35,961 nucleotides of DNA from Candidatus Nomurabacteria bacterium RIFCSPLOWO2_01_FULL_33_17 (GTDB lineage: Bacteria > Patescibacteriota > Minisyncoccia > Phycocordibacterales > UBA9973). The notes under the pieces were generated by a model. It was not told the origin of the DNA, made no database searches, and saw nothing but the letters and a program-made list of their open reading frames with translations. The stretch spans positions 1 through 35,961 of the forward strand of contig MFUO01000004.1 in the NCBI GenBank assembly GCA_001786995.1. The letters are read 5' to 3'. Shown here piece by piece: positions 27,228 through 35,961 of this stretch. Each line of letters starts with the position of its first letter. Position 1 is the stretch's first letter. The translations under genes were made by a program, and so were the position numbers.

Positions 27228-28019
27228 TTACCTTATTTCGTAAGTTATCGAAACATTTGATGTATATTTATTTTCACCCATTGGAATTTCTGGAATTATA
27301 GATTTTTCCATAGCACCATCGCGCATCATAGTTGCGCCACCGTACATTGGATATATTCCCCCACCATTATTTTCTGAAAAATTTTGAATTTTTACAAGTC
27401 TTACACCAAGTTGAGCGGACAATGTTCGCGCTTTAGATTTTGCATCTCCAATTGCATCAGTGCGAGCTTTGTTTCTTGCTTCATCTTCGTTTGCTAATGT
27501 AAATTCTGGGCCTGATACATTTGTTGCACCCCATTCGGTCAATTTACCAGCAACTTCCCCTGCAAGATCAATGTCTTTAATTTTCACACTGACGGTTTGG
27601 TTAAAAGTATAACCAACAGCTACATTTTTACCATCGGGTTGTGGACATGGTGCACGAACACAATATATTGTTTGTTGTTGCCATTCGTATTTTGGATTTA
27701 GAGAAAAATTAATTGTTTTTAAATCTTTATCATCCATATCATAATCTTTCTTTAATTTAGCCAAAATATTATTCATGACTTCACTACCTGCATCTTTGGC
27801 TTGTTTTTGAGTAATGGCATCCTTCTCTACAGTAAAAGTAAACAACGCTGTATCGGGTATTGCAAAATATTCACCAGTACCATCTACGGTAATAGTTGCA
27901 ACTGGCTTGTTTTCATCATTACGATTAAAAGCACCATAAGCATTAGCTAGGAAAAATATAGACAAACAAACACTGGTAATAATGATAAGATTTGTCAAAA
28001 GCTTTTTATTTTCAAACAT
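27228..28019 (-). CDS. SIMPL domain (DUF541/YggE) protein
   Basis: TITVDGTGE....PD.A, AI.DA..KA..L...LGV.L, V.ITYEI; ATG 28019. Confidence 0.9.
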   Translation of the reverse strand: MFENKKLLTNLIIITSVCLSIFFLANAYGAFNRNDENKPVATITVDGTGEYFAIPDTALFTFTVEKDAITQKQAKDAGSEVMNNILAKLKKDYDMDDKDLKTINFSLNPKYEWQQQTIYCVRAPCPQPDGKNVAVGYTFNQTVSVKIKDIDLAGEVAGKLTEWGATNVSGPEFTLANEDEARNKARTDAIGDAKSKARTLSAQLGVRLVKIQNFSENNGGGIYPMYGGATMMRDGAMEKSIIPEIPMGENKYTSNVSITYEIR

Positions 28020-28060
28020 AAATTTATATATTAAGAGTAATACAGCTATTATAGCACACA

Positions 28061-28091
28061 CCCCCTCTTAAATCTCCCCCTTAGCAGGGGG
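28061..28091. repeat. C-rich tail + hairpin element
   Basis: CCCCCTCTTAAATCT-CCCCCT-TAGC-AGGGGG. Confidence 0.65.
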
Positions 28092-28096
28092 CGAAA

Positions 28097-28176
28097 CAGC
28101 GAAGCAAAATTGTCTTTTTGAAAATGTCTGGTGAGCCAACCCGAGGACTTTTTAAAAAGATTATTTTGCGTAGCTG
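28097..28176. repeat. 80-bp imperfect inverted repeat with GCGAAGC/GCGTAGC ends
   Basis: CAGCGAAGCAAAATTGTCTTTTTGAAAATGTC...GACTTTTTAAAAAGATTATTTTGCGTAGCTG. Confidence 0.65.
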
Positions 28177-28180
28177 ATTT

Positions 28181-28864
28181 TTATGCTATTTTATTCGTTA
28201 TATCAGAAACAATTTTGCCATCTACCAAAAAAATAGTCCTGTCAGACATATGGGCATATTCAACTTCGTGCGTAACCATAATAATGGTTTGACCTTCATG
28301 ATTTAGCTTTAAAAACAAATCAATGATATTTTTTGAAGTCTCTGTATCTAAATTAGCTGTTGGCTCATCAGCAAAAAGAACTTTCGGATTATGTGATATT
28401 GCCCGGGCAATGGAGACTCGTTGCTGTTGCCCTCCGGAAAGTTGACTAGGTAAATTATGCATTCTATCTTCCAATCCAACTTTAGTTAAAGCTTCAATTG
28501 TCTTGTTTTCTGCTTGCTTGTCATCCAGACCCAACATTAACAATGGGACCATGACATTTTCAAATGCAGTTAATGATGGCAATATTGCGTAATCCTGAAA
28601 TATATAACCAAGATTTTTTAATCGCATACTACTTTTTTGATTTTCATCTAAAGATTCGGTATTAATATCATCAATTATAATTTGACCATCAGTTGGTGTA
28701 TCTAATAATCCTAATTGATAAAGTAATGTTGATTTACCACTACCTGACTTTCCAGAAACTGTTAAAAACTGACCATCTGGAATAGTAAAAGACACATCAT
28801 CGAGTGCTCGAATTGGTGAATCACCATTCTCAAAAATTTTAGCTAAATTTTTTATTTGTATCAT
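28181..28864 (-). CDS. ABC transporter ATP-binding protein (LolD/MacB-like)
   Basis: [29 protein letters not shown]. Confidence 0.95.
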   Translation of the reverse strand: MIQIKNLAKIFENGDSPIRALDDVSFTIPDGQFLTVSGKSGSGKSTLLYQLGLLDTPTDGQIIIDDINTESLDENQKSSMRLKNLGYIFQDYAILPSLTAFENVMVPLLMLGLDDKQAENKTIEALTKVGLEDRMHNLPSQLSGGQQQRVSIARAISHNPKVLFADEPTANLDTETSKNIIDLFLKLNHEGQTIIMVTHEVEYAHMSDRTIFLVDGKIVSDITNKIA

Positions 28865-28965
28865 CCTCCTAAACTTTTCACTTATATAAGTTATTTATTT
28901 TTGTGAAAAGTATTTTAATTTATTAAATAATAATTAAGACCTAATTTAAAAAAGTTTCGGCGGAT
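28862..28965 (-). mobile_element. Family A element copy 4 (ends in the ABC ATPase ATG)
   Basis: ATCCGCCGAAACTTTT...ACTTTTCAC...GTGAAAAGTTTAGGAGG-ATG. Confidence 0.75.
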
Positions 28966-28973
28966 AAATTCTC

Positions 28974-30251
28974 TTACCGGCCTAATATGGCACTTAATGT
29001 ATTTTGCTTTACGACTATTCGAGCTGGTATAAAGCCGGCAATAACTGTTGTGATCATTAATAACAAAACTCGATATAATGTACCCGATAGTGTTGCAACT
29101 AAAATACCGTCAGAAAAAGGAAAATCAATAGGATGCGCAATAAAAGCTGGTTTGATAAAAGCAAAAACCAAAATCATACCAATAATTGAGCCTAAAATAG
29201 CATAAAATAAAGATTGATAAATATAAGAAATTATAATAGCTCGTCTTGTTATACCAATACCTTTTAATATCCCAATATAACGACGGCGTGTAATAGCATT
29301 TACAAAAATAACAATAAATATAGTAATCGATGCCACGACAAGCCCAATAGACGATATTGCATTACCAAGTATCGCAAAAGTTTTTTGTATATCTTTTAAA
29401 AATTTAGGTTGAGCTTCGATAGATGTTTGAATACGAGCATAACCACCAATACCAGACGACACAAGTGCATTCTTAGCTAAATCTTCGTCAATACCATCTT
29501 GCAAATCAATTGCAATTTCATTATAGGTAATAAGACTTGTACCCATCATTTTTCGAAGCTCGGACTGATTCATAAATACACGCGAATCAACTTCGTTAAC
29601 TTTGGCTTTTATTGTCCCACGAACTATAAATTCTTTTTGAGTATCACCAATAGTGATAAGAACACTGTCTCCAATAGACACACGCTTCAAAGCGGTAAAC
29701 CCAGGAAATTCAATTGGTGTTTCTTCATTATAAATTAAACTATCACCTATCAAAATCCCATCTGGGTCATCAGACGACAAATATGTGCCTGTTTTGATTG
29801 CTGTTTTAAGATTCGTAACTAAATCTTCTTGCTCGGGAATTATACCAACCAATCCAGCCCCAACTGCATTTGGTAATTCATCTTTCAAAAGTGTTTTTCG
29901 AAATTCGGCAGTTACCCGCCCAGAACTTGTAATTCGCGCAGTATAATTTGCGAGTCCTGGAGTATTTTCTACAACTTTTACAACTTCAACACTTTGGTCA
30001 ATATAATCGCGATTTAAAAATGAACTGATAAAAATATCGCCAGTGTTTCGAGCTTTGTTGGCTTGAACCGAGCCTTCAATCAAACCAACTAAAATTCCAG
30101 AAACCACGACTAAATTTAAAAAAGTAAAAATCATAACAAACACAATTAAAATTGTTGTCCATTTATTGGCTCGTTTGATATCACGTTTGGCTAAAAATAA
30201 TCCAACCCGAGCGTCATTTTTTATAATTTTTAAAATTTTTTCTTTAAACAT
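28974..30251 (-). CDS. ABC transporter permease (FtsX/MacB/LolE-like)
   Basis: TM1 + large extracytoplasmic domain + RRRYIGILKGIG + 3 TM, IPAR. Confidence 0.9.
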   Translation of the reverse strand: MFKEKILKIIKNDARVGLFLAKRDIKRANKWTTILIVFVMIFTFLNLVVVSGILVGLIEGSVQANKARNTGDIFISSFLNRDYIDQSVEVVKVVENTPGLANYTARITSSGRVTAEFRKTLLKDELPNAVGAGLVGIIPEQEDLVTNLKTAIKTGTYLSSDDPDGILIGDSLIYNEETPIEFPGFTALKRVSIGDSVLITIGDTQKEFIVRGTIKAKVNEVDSRVFMNQSELRKMMGTSLITYNEIAIDLQDGIDEDLAKNALVSSGIGGYARIQTSIEAQPKFLKDIQKTFAILGNAISSIGLVVASITIFIVIFVNAITRRRYIGILKGIGITRRAIIISYIYQSLFYAILGSIIGMILVFAFIKPAFIAHPIDFPFSDGILVATLSGTLYRVLLLMITTVIAGFIPARIVVKQNTLSAILGR

Positions 30252-31813
30252 TATTTTGTTTTAAACAAAACCATTTCGCTACCTGTAAGCCCACTTGTAA
30301 TTTCAGTCATTGCCCCATCACCAGTAAAACCAACAGTTACTGGTAGTTTTTTAGTTTTGGCCTTTTTCTCATTTGTAACAAATAAAATATATTTAGTTCC
30401 ATCTTCATTTGTGTATATTGCTCTGTTTGGAATTACTACAATATTTTCTTTTTCTTGTATTAGAATAGAAAGATTTGCAGTTGAACCAATTTTAATTTGA
30501 TCTTGTCCTGTTAAAATATTGGCTTTGATTTTATAATTAACAATATTACCATCTTTTGTTGGGGAACCATCTATATGTGTAACTTCTGCTATAAATGTTT
30601 GATTATTCCCAAGTGTATCAACTGTAAAACTAACAACTTGTCCGGGTTTAATAAGATCAATATCGGCTTCATTTATATTGGCTTCTAAAAACAAACCACC
30701 TCGTTCTTCTAAAACTATAGCTATCTTTTTAGATTCAATGTTTTCACCAATGCGCAAATCTTGCCTTGTTATATAACCATTAATTGGTGCGCGAATTATT
30801 TTTTCTTCATACGCACCAAGAGCCGATTGAACCCGACCTTGAGCTGTCAAAACATCAGCTTCTCGAGCTAAAACATCGCTGGGGCGGGCTTTGGCTTTTT
30901 TTAAATCTAAATTAGCTTGTGCATTATCAATAGTTGCTTGGGCAGTTTCCAAGGCTGAAAATCGTGTATCTTCCGCACTTTTTAAACTACTTAAATTAGT
31001 ATTGTAATTAACGCTTGTAGTATTTGGAATTTTTATCTTCCAACTTTCATTATAAGTCGTGGAGCTCGTTGAAAATTGTATATAAAGACCTTTGTCCCCC
31101 AATGCTATCGGAGTATTTGTAGAAACTGGGAAAGACCCACCTTGCCCTGTTAGGCTAGAGTACGATGCGTATTGTCCGGAACCTGTCGAATAAATATTGA
31201 TATTATATTCATCTTCAATATCAGCTGTATACGTTCCACTAATTGTTGGAGCAGTTGTATTAGAACTTGCCATATTTGAAACAGCTAAAAGCGAATTAGA
31301 ATATAAATTTGCCCGTGCATTTTTTACCAAAGTATTTTGTAATTTCTCGGTACTACTATATGCGCGTTTTGCATTTTCAAGAGTAACTTCAGCAACACGA
31401 ACTTCTTCAGAAGTATTTCCTTCTAAAGTACGAGCAAGTGCAGCCTGTGCAGATTTTAAAGCACCATATGCTTGGTTAAGTGCCCCAAGTTCAGACCCGG
31501 CATTTAATGATGCTAGAACCTGACCTTTGTATACATATTGCCCTAAAAATGTATTGACATTTGATACCACCCCTGAATTATTAAATGATAATTCTAAATT
31601 AACACTGGAAGTGACATTTCCAGTGGCTTTTACGGTTTTTTGAAGATTTTGTATTTTAGCAATTTCAACAATTTCTGTCTTTGGATTAAATCCGTTAGGT
31701 ACGATTTTAGATATAATTATCAGTAAAATAACTAATCCCAAAATACTCCATTTCCAATTTTTCCGTAAAAATACCCATTTAGATTTTATTAATGTGGATA
31801 TTTTTTCTTTCAT
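30251..31813 (-). CDS. Membrane-fusion/adaptor subunit (HlyD/MacA-like)
   Basis: ATGNV, G..V.KGQ.LA.L, coiled coil, IRAPING, INEADI..IK.GQ. Confidence 0.88.
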   Translation of the reverse strand: MKEKISTLIKSKWVFLRKNWKWSILGLVILLIIISKIVPNGFNPKTEIVEIAKIQNLQKTVKATGNVTSSVNLELSFNNSGVVSNVNTFLGQYVYKGQVLASLNAGSELGALNQAYGALKSAQAALARTLEGNTSEEVRVAEVTLENAKRAYSSTEKLQNTLVKNARANLYSNSLLAVSNMASSNTTAPTISGTYTADIEDEYNINIYSTGSGQYASYSSLTGQGGSFPVSTNTPIALGDKGLYIQFSTSSTTYNESWKIKIPNTTSVNYNTNLSSLKSAEDTRFSALETAQATIDNAQANLDLKKAKARPSDVLAREADVLTAQGRVQSALGAYEEKIIRAPINGYITRQDLRIGENIESKKIAIVLEERGGLFLEANINEADIDLIKPGQVVSFTVDTLGNNQTFIAEVTHIDGSPTKDGNIVNYKIKANILTGQDQIKIGSTANLSILIQEKENIVVIPNRAIYTNEDGTKYILFVTNEKKAKTKKLPVTVGFTGDGAMTEITSGLTGSEMVLFKTK

Positions 31814-31824
31814 ATTATTTTTAT

Positions 31825-33966
31825 TTATTTTCTTGCGGCGACGATGTCTTTTTCAACATTTGGAGGAACAATATCATAACGAGAAAATTCCATAGTAAAG
31901 CTTGCTCGGCCTTCGGTCATGCTTCTTAGTGAATTTATATAACCAAACATTTCAGAAAGTGGAACCATAGCACGGATAACTTTGTTCATACCACGGTCTT
32001 CCATACCTTCAACAAGCCCACGCTTCGACGATAGATTCCCTGTTATGTCTCCCATGAATTTTTCTGGAGTTACAACTTCAACTTTCATCATTGGTTCTAG
32101 AATAACTGGACGAGCAGACCGACATGCATCTTGGACTGCCATAGATGCCGCAATTTTAAATGCCATTTCGTTCGAGTCAACATCGTGATATGTTCCATCA
32201 TAAAGTTCCACAGAAACATTAACCATTTTAAAACCGGCAACAACTCCGCGATCAAGACCTTCGCGAAAACCTTTTTCACAAGCTGGAATATATTCTGATG
32301 GAATTGCTCCACCTTTTAATGTATTAACAAATTCAAAATGATCATCACGCTTTGTGTTTTTAGGTAGTTTTTCCAAATCAACATTCATATCCATAGGTTT
32401 GATACGAATTTTTGTATGACCATAGTTACCACGACCTCCGGATTGTTTGATATATTTACCTTCGGCTTCGGATGTAATTGTAATAGTTTCGCGATATGCC
32501 ACCATTGGTTTACCAACATTGGCTTCAACTGTAAATTCACGCTTCATACGATCAACGATAATTTCCAAATGAAGTTCACCCATACCGGCAATAATTGTTT
32601 CATTAGTTTCTTGATCAGTTGAAACTTTAAATGTTGGATCTTCTGCGGAAAGTCGTGACAATGCCATACCCATTTTTTCTTGGTCGGCTTTTGTTTTTGG
32701 TTCAATTCGAAGCGATACAACAGGTTCTGGAAAAACAATACGATCAAGCTCAATTGGGCTAGATTCGGAACAAATAGTGTCCGATGTAATTGTATCTTTT
32801 AAACCAACTGCAGCTGCAATTTCACCAGCAAAAACTTTTTTAACTTCTTCACGATCATTTGCATGCATACGCAAAATTCGTCCGATTCGTTCTTTATTAC
32901 GAGTTCGTGGATTGTAAACATAACTTCCTGATTCAAGAGTTCCAGAGTAAACCCGGAAGAAAACTAGTTGTCCAACATATGGATCACTTGCTAATTTAAA
33001 AGCTAAAGCTGAAAAAGGTTCAGTGTCAGACGGATTACGAATTAATGCTTCATCAGTTGTAGGGTGAACTCCTGTTATTGGTGGAATATCTAATGGACTT
33101 GGTAAATAATCAACAACAGCATCTAATACAAGTTGTACACCTTTATTTTTAAGTGCAGACCCTGCAAAAACTGGAAAAATTTCATTTGCAATTACTGCTT
33201 TACGCAATGTTGCTTTTAATCTTTCAATAGTTATTTCTTTGCCCTCGAGATAATCATTCATCATTGTTTCGTCATTCAATGCGATTTTTTCAACAAGTTC
33301 AGAACGATATTTTTCAACATCCCCCTTCATATCTTCTGGAATATCACATTCTACGATTTTGATTCCCATTTCTCCTTCAAATTTATATCCTTTGCGAGTA
33401 AGTAAATCAACAACACCCATATGGTTTTCTTCAAGACCAATTGGTAATTGGCATCGAACAGCTTTTTTAGAAAGACGATCAAGAATTGATGCAAAAGATT
33501 TTTCAAAGTTTGCACCAGTACGGTCAAGTTTGTTTATAAAACAAATGCGAGGAACATTGGCTTCATCAGCATAGCGCCAGTTTGTTTCAGACTGTGGTTC
33601 TACCCCGGCAACACCGTCAAATACAACAACAGCGCCATCAAGCACACGAAGAGATCTTTTAACTTCTACTGTAAAATCAATATGCCCTGGTGTATCAATA
33701 ATGTTAAAACGATGTTTTTTGTTTTTATCATTAGGTGCGTATGTTGGGTTCCAAAAACAAGTAATAGCCGCAGATGTAATAGTAATACCACGCTCTTTTT
33801 CTTGTTCCATCCAGTCAGTTGTCGCTGCACCATCATGAACTTCTCCAATTTTGTGAGATACTCCTGTGTAATATAAAACACGCTCACTAGTTGTTGTTTT
33901 ACCAGCATCAATGTGCGCAATGATTCCAAAATTTCGAACTTTCTCTAGAGGATAATCTCTTTCCAT
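31825..33966 (-). CDS. fusA: Elongation factor G
   Basis: [37 protein letters not shown]. Confidence 0.99.
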   Translation of the reverse strand: MERDYPLEKVRNFGIIAHIDAGKTTTSERVLYYTGVSHKIGEVHDGAATTDWMEQEKERGITITSAAITCFWNPTYAPNDKNKKHRFNIIDTPGHIDFTVEVKRSLRVLDGAVVVFDGVAGVEPQSETNWRYADEANVPRICFINKLDRTGANFEKSFASILDRLSKKAVRCQLPIGLEENHMGVVDLLTRKGYKFEGEMGIKIVECDIPEDMKGDVEKYRSELVEKIALNDETMMNDYLEGKEITIERLKATLRKAVIANEIFPVFAGSALKNKGVQLVLDAVVDYLPSPLDIPPITGVHPTTDEALIRNPSDTEPFSALAFKLASDPYVGQLVFFRVYSGTLESGSYVYNPRTRNKERIGRILRMHANDREEVKKVFAGEIAAAVGLKDTITSDTICSESSPIELDRIVFPEPVVSLRIEPKTKADQEKMGMALSRLSAEDPTFKVSTDQETNETIIAGMGELHLEIIVDRMKREFTVEANVGKPMVAYRETITITSEAEGKYIKQSGGRGNYGHTKIRIKPMDMNVDLEKLPKNTKRDDHFEFVNTLKGGAIPSEYIPACEKGFREGLDRGVVAGFKMVNVSVELYDGTYHDVDSNEMAFKIAASMAVQDACRSARPVILEPMMKVEVVTPEKFMGDITGNLSSKRGLVEGMEDRGMNKVIRAMVPLSEMFGYINSLRSMTEGRASFTMEFSRYDIVPPNVEKDIVAARK

Positions 33967-34001
33967 ATGATATTAATTAATGATTTTATTATTTTTATAA
34001 A

Positions 34002-34472
34002 TTACCAAGCGAAGTGTGCGAAAGCTTTGTTAGATTCTGCCATTTTATGAGTATCTGTACGCTTTTTAACTGCAGAACCTTCATTTTTAGATGCAAGTAT
34101 TAGTTCGTCAGCTAAACATTCATTCATTTGGCGGCCTTTTTGACCACGAGCTGCATTTATTATCCAACGAATTGCTAATGCTTGTTGTCTTTCTTTGCGA
34201 ACTTCTCTTGGAACTTGATAGTTTGCTCCTCCGATACGACGAGATCGTACTTCGATCAAAGGACTTGCATTTTTAATTGCTAAATCAAAAATTTCAAGGG
34301 GATTTGGATTTCCGGTTTTTTCTTTAACTATGTCAAATGCACTGTACACGACTTTCATCGCAGTATTTTTTTTACCATCCCACATAATTACATTTATAAA
34401 CTTGGAAAGTTTTTCCGAGTTATAATTCATGTCTGGACCTACAGTATTTTTATTTGTTATTTTTCTTCGCAT
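34002..34472 (-). CDS. rpsG: 30S ribosomal protein S7
   Basis: RRIGGANYQVP, HKMAESNKAFAH. Confidence 0.98.
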   Translation of the reverse strand: MRRKITNKNTVGPDMNYNSEKLSKFINVIMWDGKKNTAMKVVYSAFDIVKEKTGNPNPLEIFDLAIKNASPLIEVRSRRIGGANYQVPREVRKERQQALAIRWIINAARGQKGRQMNECLADELILASKNEGSAVKKRTDTHKMAESNKAFAHFAW

Positions 34473-34474
34473 AT

Positions 34475-34912
34475 TTATTTTTTCTTAGATACAGTGTCTC
34501 CAGCTTTTGGACGCTTTACACCATATTTACTACGCTCTTTTCGACGTTTGTCTACTCCGGATGCATCAAGTCTTCCACGGACAATATGATAACGAACACC
34601 AATAAGGTCTTTTACGCGACCACCACGAATCATTACAACCGAGTGTTCTTGTAAATTGTGACCCATTCCAGGAATATAAGCTGTAACTTCCATACCATTT
34701 GTAAGACGCACACGAGCGATTTTACGAACAGCAGAGTTAGGTTTTTTAGGAGTTGTTGTAGTAACTTTTGTACAAACGCCTCTTTTAAAAGGTGAAGGAT
34801 ACATAATAGGACGATTTTTAAGCGCATTAAAACCACGAGCCAATGCTACGGCTTTGGATTTTTTAACGACTTTTTTTCTTCCTTTTCGAACTAGTTGATT
34901 TACTGTTGGCAT
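34475..34912 (-). CDS. rpsL: 30S ribosomal protein S12
   Basis: [33 protein letters not shown]. Confidence 0.98.
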   Translation of the reverse strand: MPTVNQLVRKGRKKVVKKSKAVALARGFNALKNRPIMYPSPFKRGVCTKVTTTTPKKPNSAVRKIARVRLTNGMEVTAYIPGMGHNLQEHSVVMIRGGRVKDLIGVRYHIVRGRLDASGVDKRRKERSKYGVKRPKAGDTVSKKK

Positions 34913-35012
34913 TAACTAAAAGAGCATTTATCGTCAGATATTACGAAAGTACCCATATTACTATTAAAATCCCGGATGCCGGGACATGTGTATATAAAGT
35001 AACATAACTAAG

Positions 35013-35058
35013 ACTAAAACGCAAGAAAAATCCCAAGGGATTTTTCTTGCGTTTTAGT
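35013..35058. repeat. Perfect 22-bp-arm inverted repeat between the FKBP gene and rpsL
   Basis: ACTAAAACGCAAGAAAAATCCC-AA-GGGATTTTTCTTGCGTTTTAGT. Confidence 0.8.
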
Positions 35059-35083
35059 TAGCTGAAAGCTTTCAGCTTAATCA

Positions 35084-35635
35084 CTATTGCCCTATTTTTC
35101 TAAGCTCAATATCAAAAATAAGAGTTGAACCACCAGGAATTGTTTGATAATCATTTGGACCATATGCTAAATCAGATGGAATTGTAAGGCGACGCTTTTC
35201 TCCAACTTTCATACCCAACAAACCTTCATCCCATCCAGCAATAACATTACCTGCACCAACTATGAACAAAAATGGTTGTCCTCTTTTATAACTTTCATCA
35301 AACACGGTCCCATTTGTAAAAAATCCACGATAATCTACACTTACGGTATCACCACTGCGAACACCAGACCCTGTCCCCTCACTTATGATTTCTATAATAA
35401 GACCATTTTCTTTTTTTATAATTTGCACAGGTTCCATTTTATTTGTATCTTTTTTACCTAATAATTCACTACCAGTAGGTATTACTTTAATATTTGTACC
35501 AGTAATCCCATCATCAGTAATTTGTGGTGCAACAACTGAACCACTAAAATTTTTATATCCTAAAATACTTATAATTACAAGAACCATAATGATAACGATA
35601 CCTATAAATACCTTGGAATCTTTTTTCTTTTGCAT
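35084..35635 (-). CDS. FKBP-type peptidyl-prolyl isomerase, membrane anchored
   Basis: V.VDYRG...[32 protein letters not shown]. Confidence 0.95.
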   Translation of the reverse strand: MQKKKDSKVFIGIVIIMVLVIISILGYKNFSGSVVAPQITDDGITGTNIKVIPTGSELLGKKDTNKMEPVQIIKKENGLIIEIISEGTGSGVRSGDTVSVDYRGFFTNGTVFDESYKRGQPFLFIVGAGNVIAGWDEGLLGMKVGEKRRLTIPSDLAYGPNDYQTIPGGSTLIFDIELRKIGQ

Positions 35636-35668
35636 ATATTATAAAAATTAATTATTTAAGTTAAAATT

Positions 35669-35961
35669 TTAAAAAAATCGAAGTAATAAAATAAACAAAG
35701 GTGCAACAAGTGCAAATGAAACCAATGAGTAACCAGCATTTATACCAAACAATGTCCAACTATCTCGTCTTGCGCGTCCAGACCAAATAGCACCACTTGC
35801 TTTGTTAGGCATAATAATAAAGAACCAAAATATAATTCCAAATATAAGTGCTGCGGAATATGTACTAGCAAATGCTAAATTCATAATTGTTAAAAATCCG
35901 AAGAACATTATGAAACTTGAAACAAAATCCAAAACTACACGAATTATCATGTCTTTTTTAT
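35669..35961 (-). CDS. DUF1761-like membrane protein, C-terminal part (runs off window end)
   Basis: Hydrophobic ORF ending W.LF.INAGY.LV; frame stays open to the window edge. Confidence 0.6.
   Translation of the reverse strand, partial: KKDMIIRVVLDFVSSFIMFFGFLTIMNLAFASTYSAALIFGIIFWFFIIMPNKASGAIWSGRARRDSWTLFGINAGYSLVSFALVAPLFILLLRFF

Noticed and set aside
212..35651. Numerous 60-110 aa ORFs antisense to or nested in long genes
   Set aside because: Shadow ORFs of well-supported genes with no recognisable motifs.
1..35961. Alternative genetic code 25 (UGA=Gly) as in Gracilibacteria/Absconditabacteria
   Set aside because: Long genes are intact under code 11, and TGA ends tmk and the GT2 gene at sensible positions.

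Overview
AT-rich bacterial chromosome segment (genetic code 11) with most genes on the minus strand. Gene content and protein style point to a CPR/Patescibacteria (Parcubacteria-like) genome; this is an inference. Housekeeping genes are tatD (partial), metG, alpha2-type glyS, recO, type-2 ileS with an inserted histidine-phosphatase domain, dut, tmk, a RluA/RluD pseudouridine synthase, secE-nusG-rplK (no rplA after rplK), rpsL-rpsG-fusA (no tuf after fusA), a MacAB/LolCDE-like ABC exporter, SIMPL and an FKBP. An accessory block at about 19.5-27.2 kb carries an RDD-pilin-TPR fusion, a secreted HExxH protein, an FN3-like repeat protein with a Bacteroidota-type T9SS sorting domain, and a ~450-nt candidate structured ncRNA bounded by a promoter and a terminator. 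The window is unusually rich in small palindromic elements: (1) a ~100-bp terminal-inverted-repeat element, 4 copies, each ending exactly at a gene's ATG; (2) a second, sequence-unrelated element doing the same at the pseudouridine synthase gene; (3) a 21-bp palindrome inserted in frame in tatD and ileS, with a relative inside the ileS T-box; (4) C-rich-tail hairpins, one in frame in metG; (5) two co-varying 34-bp palindromes tightly bracketing an orphan wHTH-Cas2/PaaX-like gene. No tRNA, rRNA, CRISPR array or recognisable transposase was seen. All calls come from reading motifs by eye; no searches were run.
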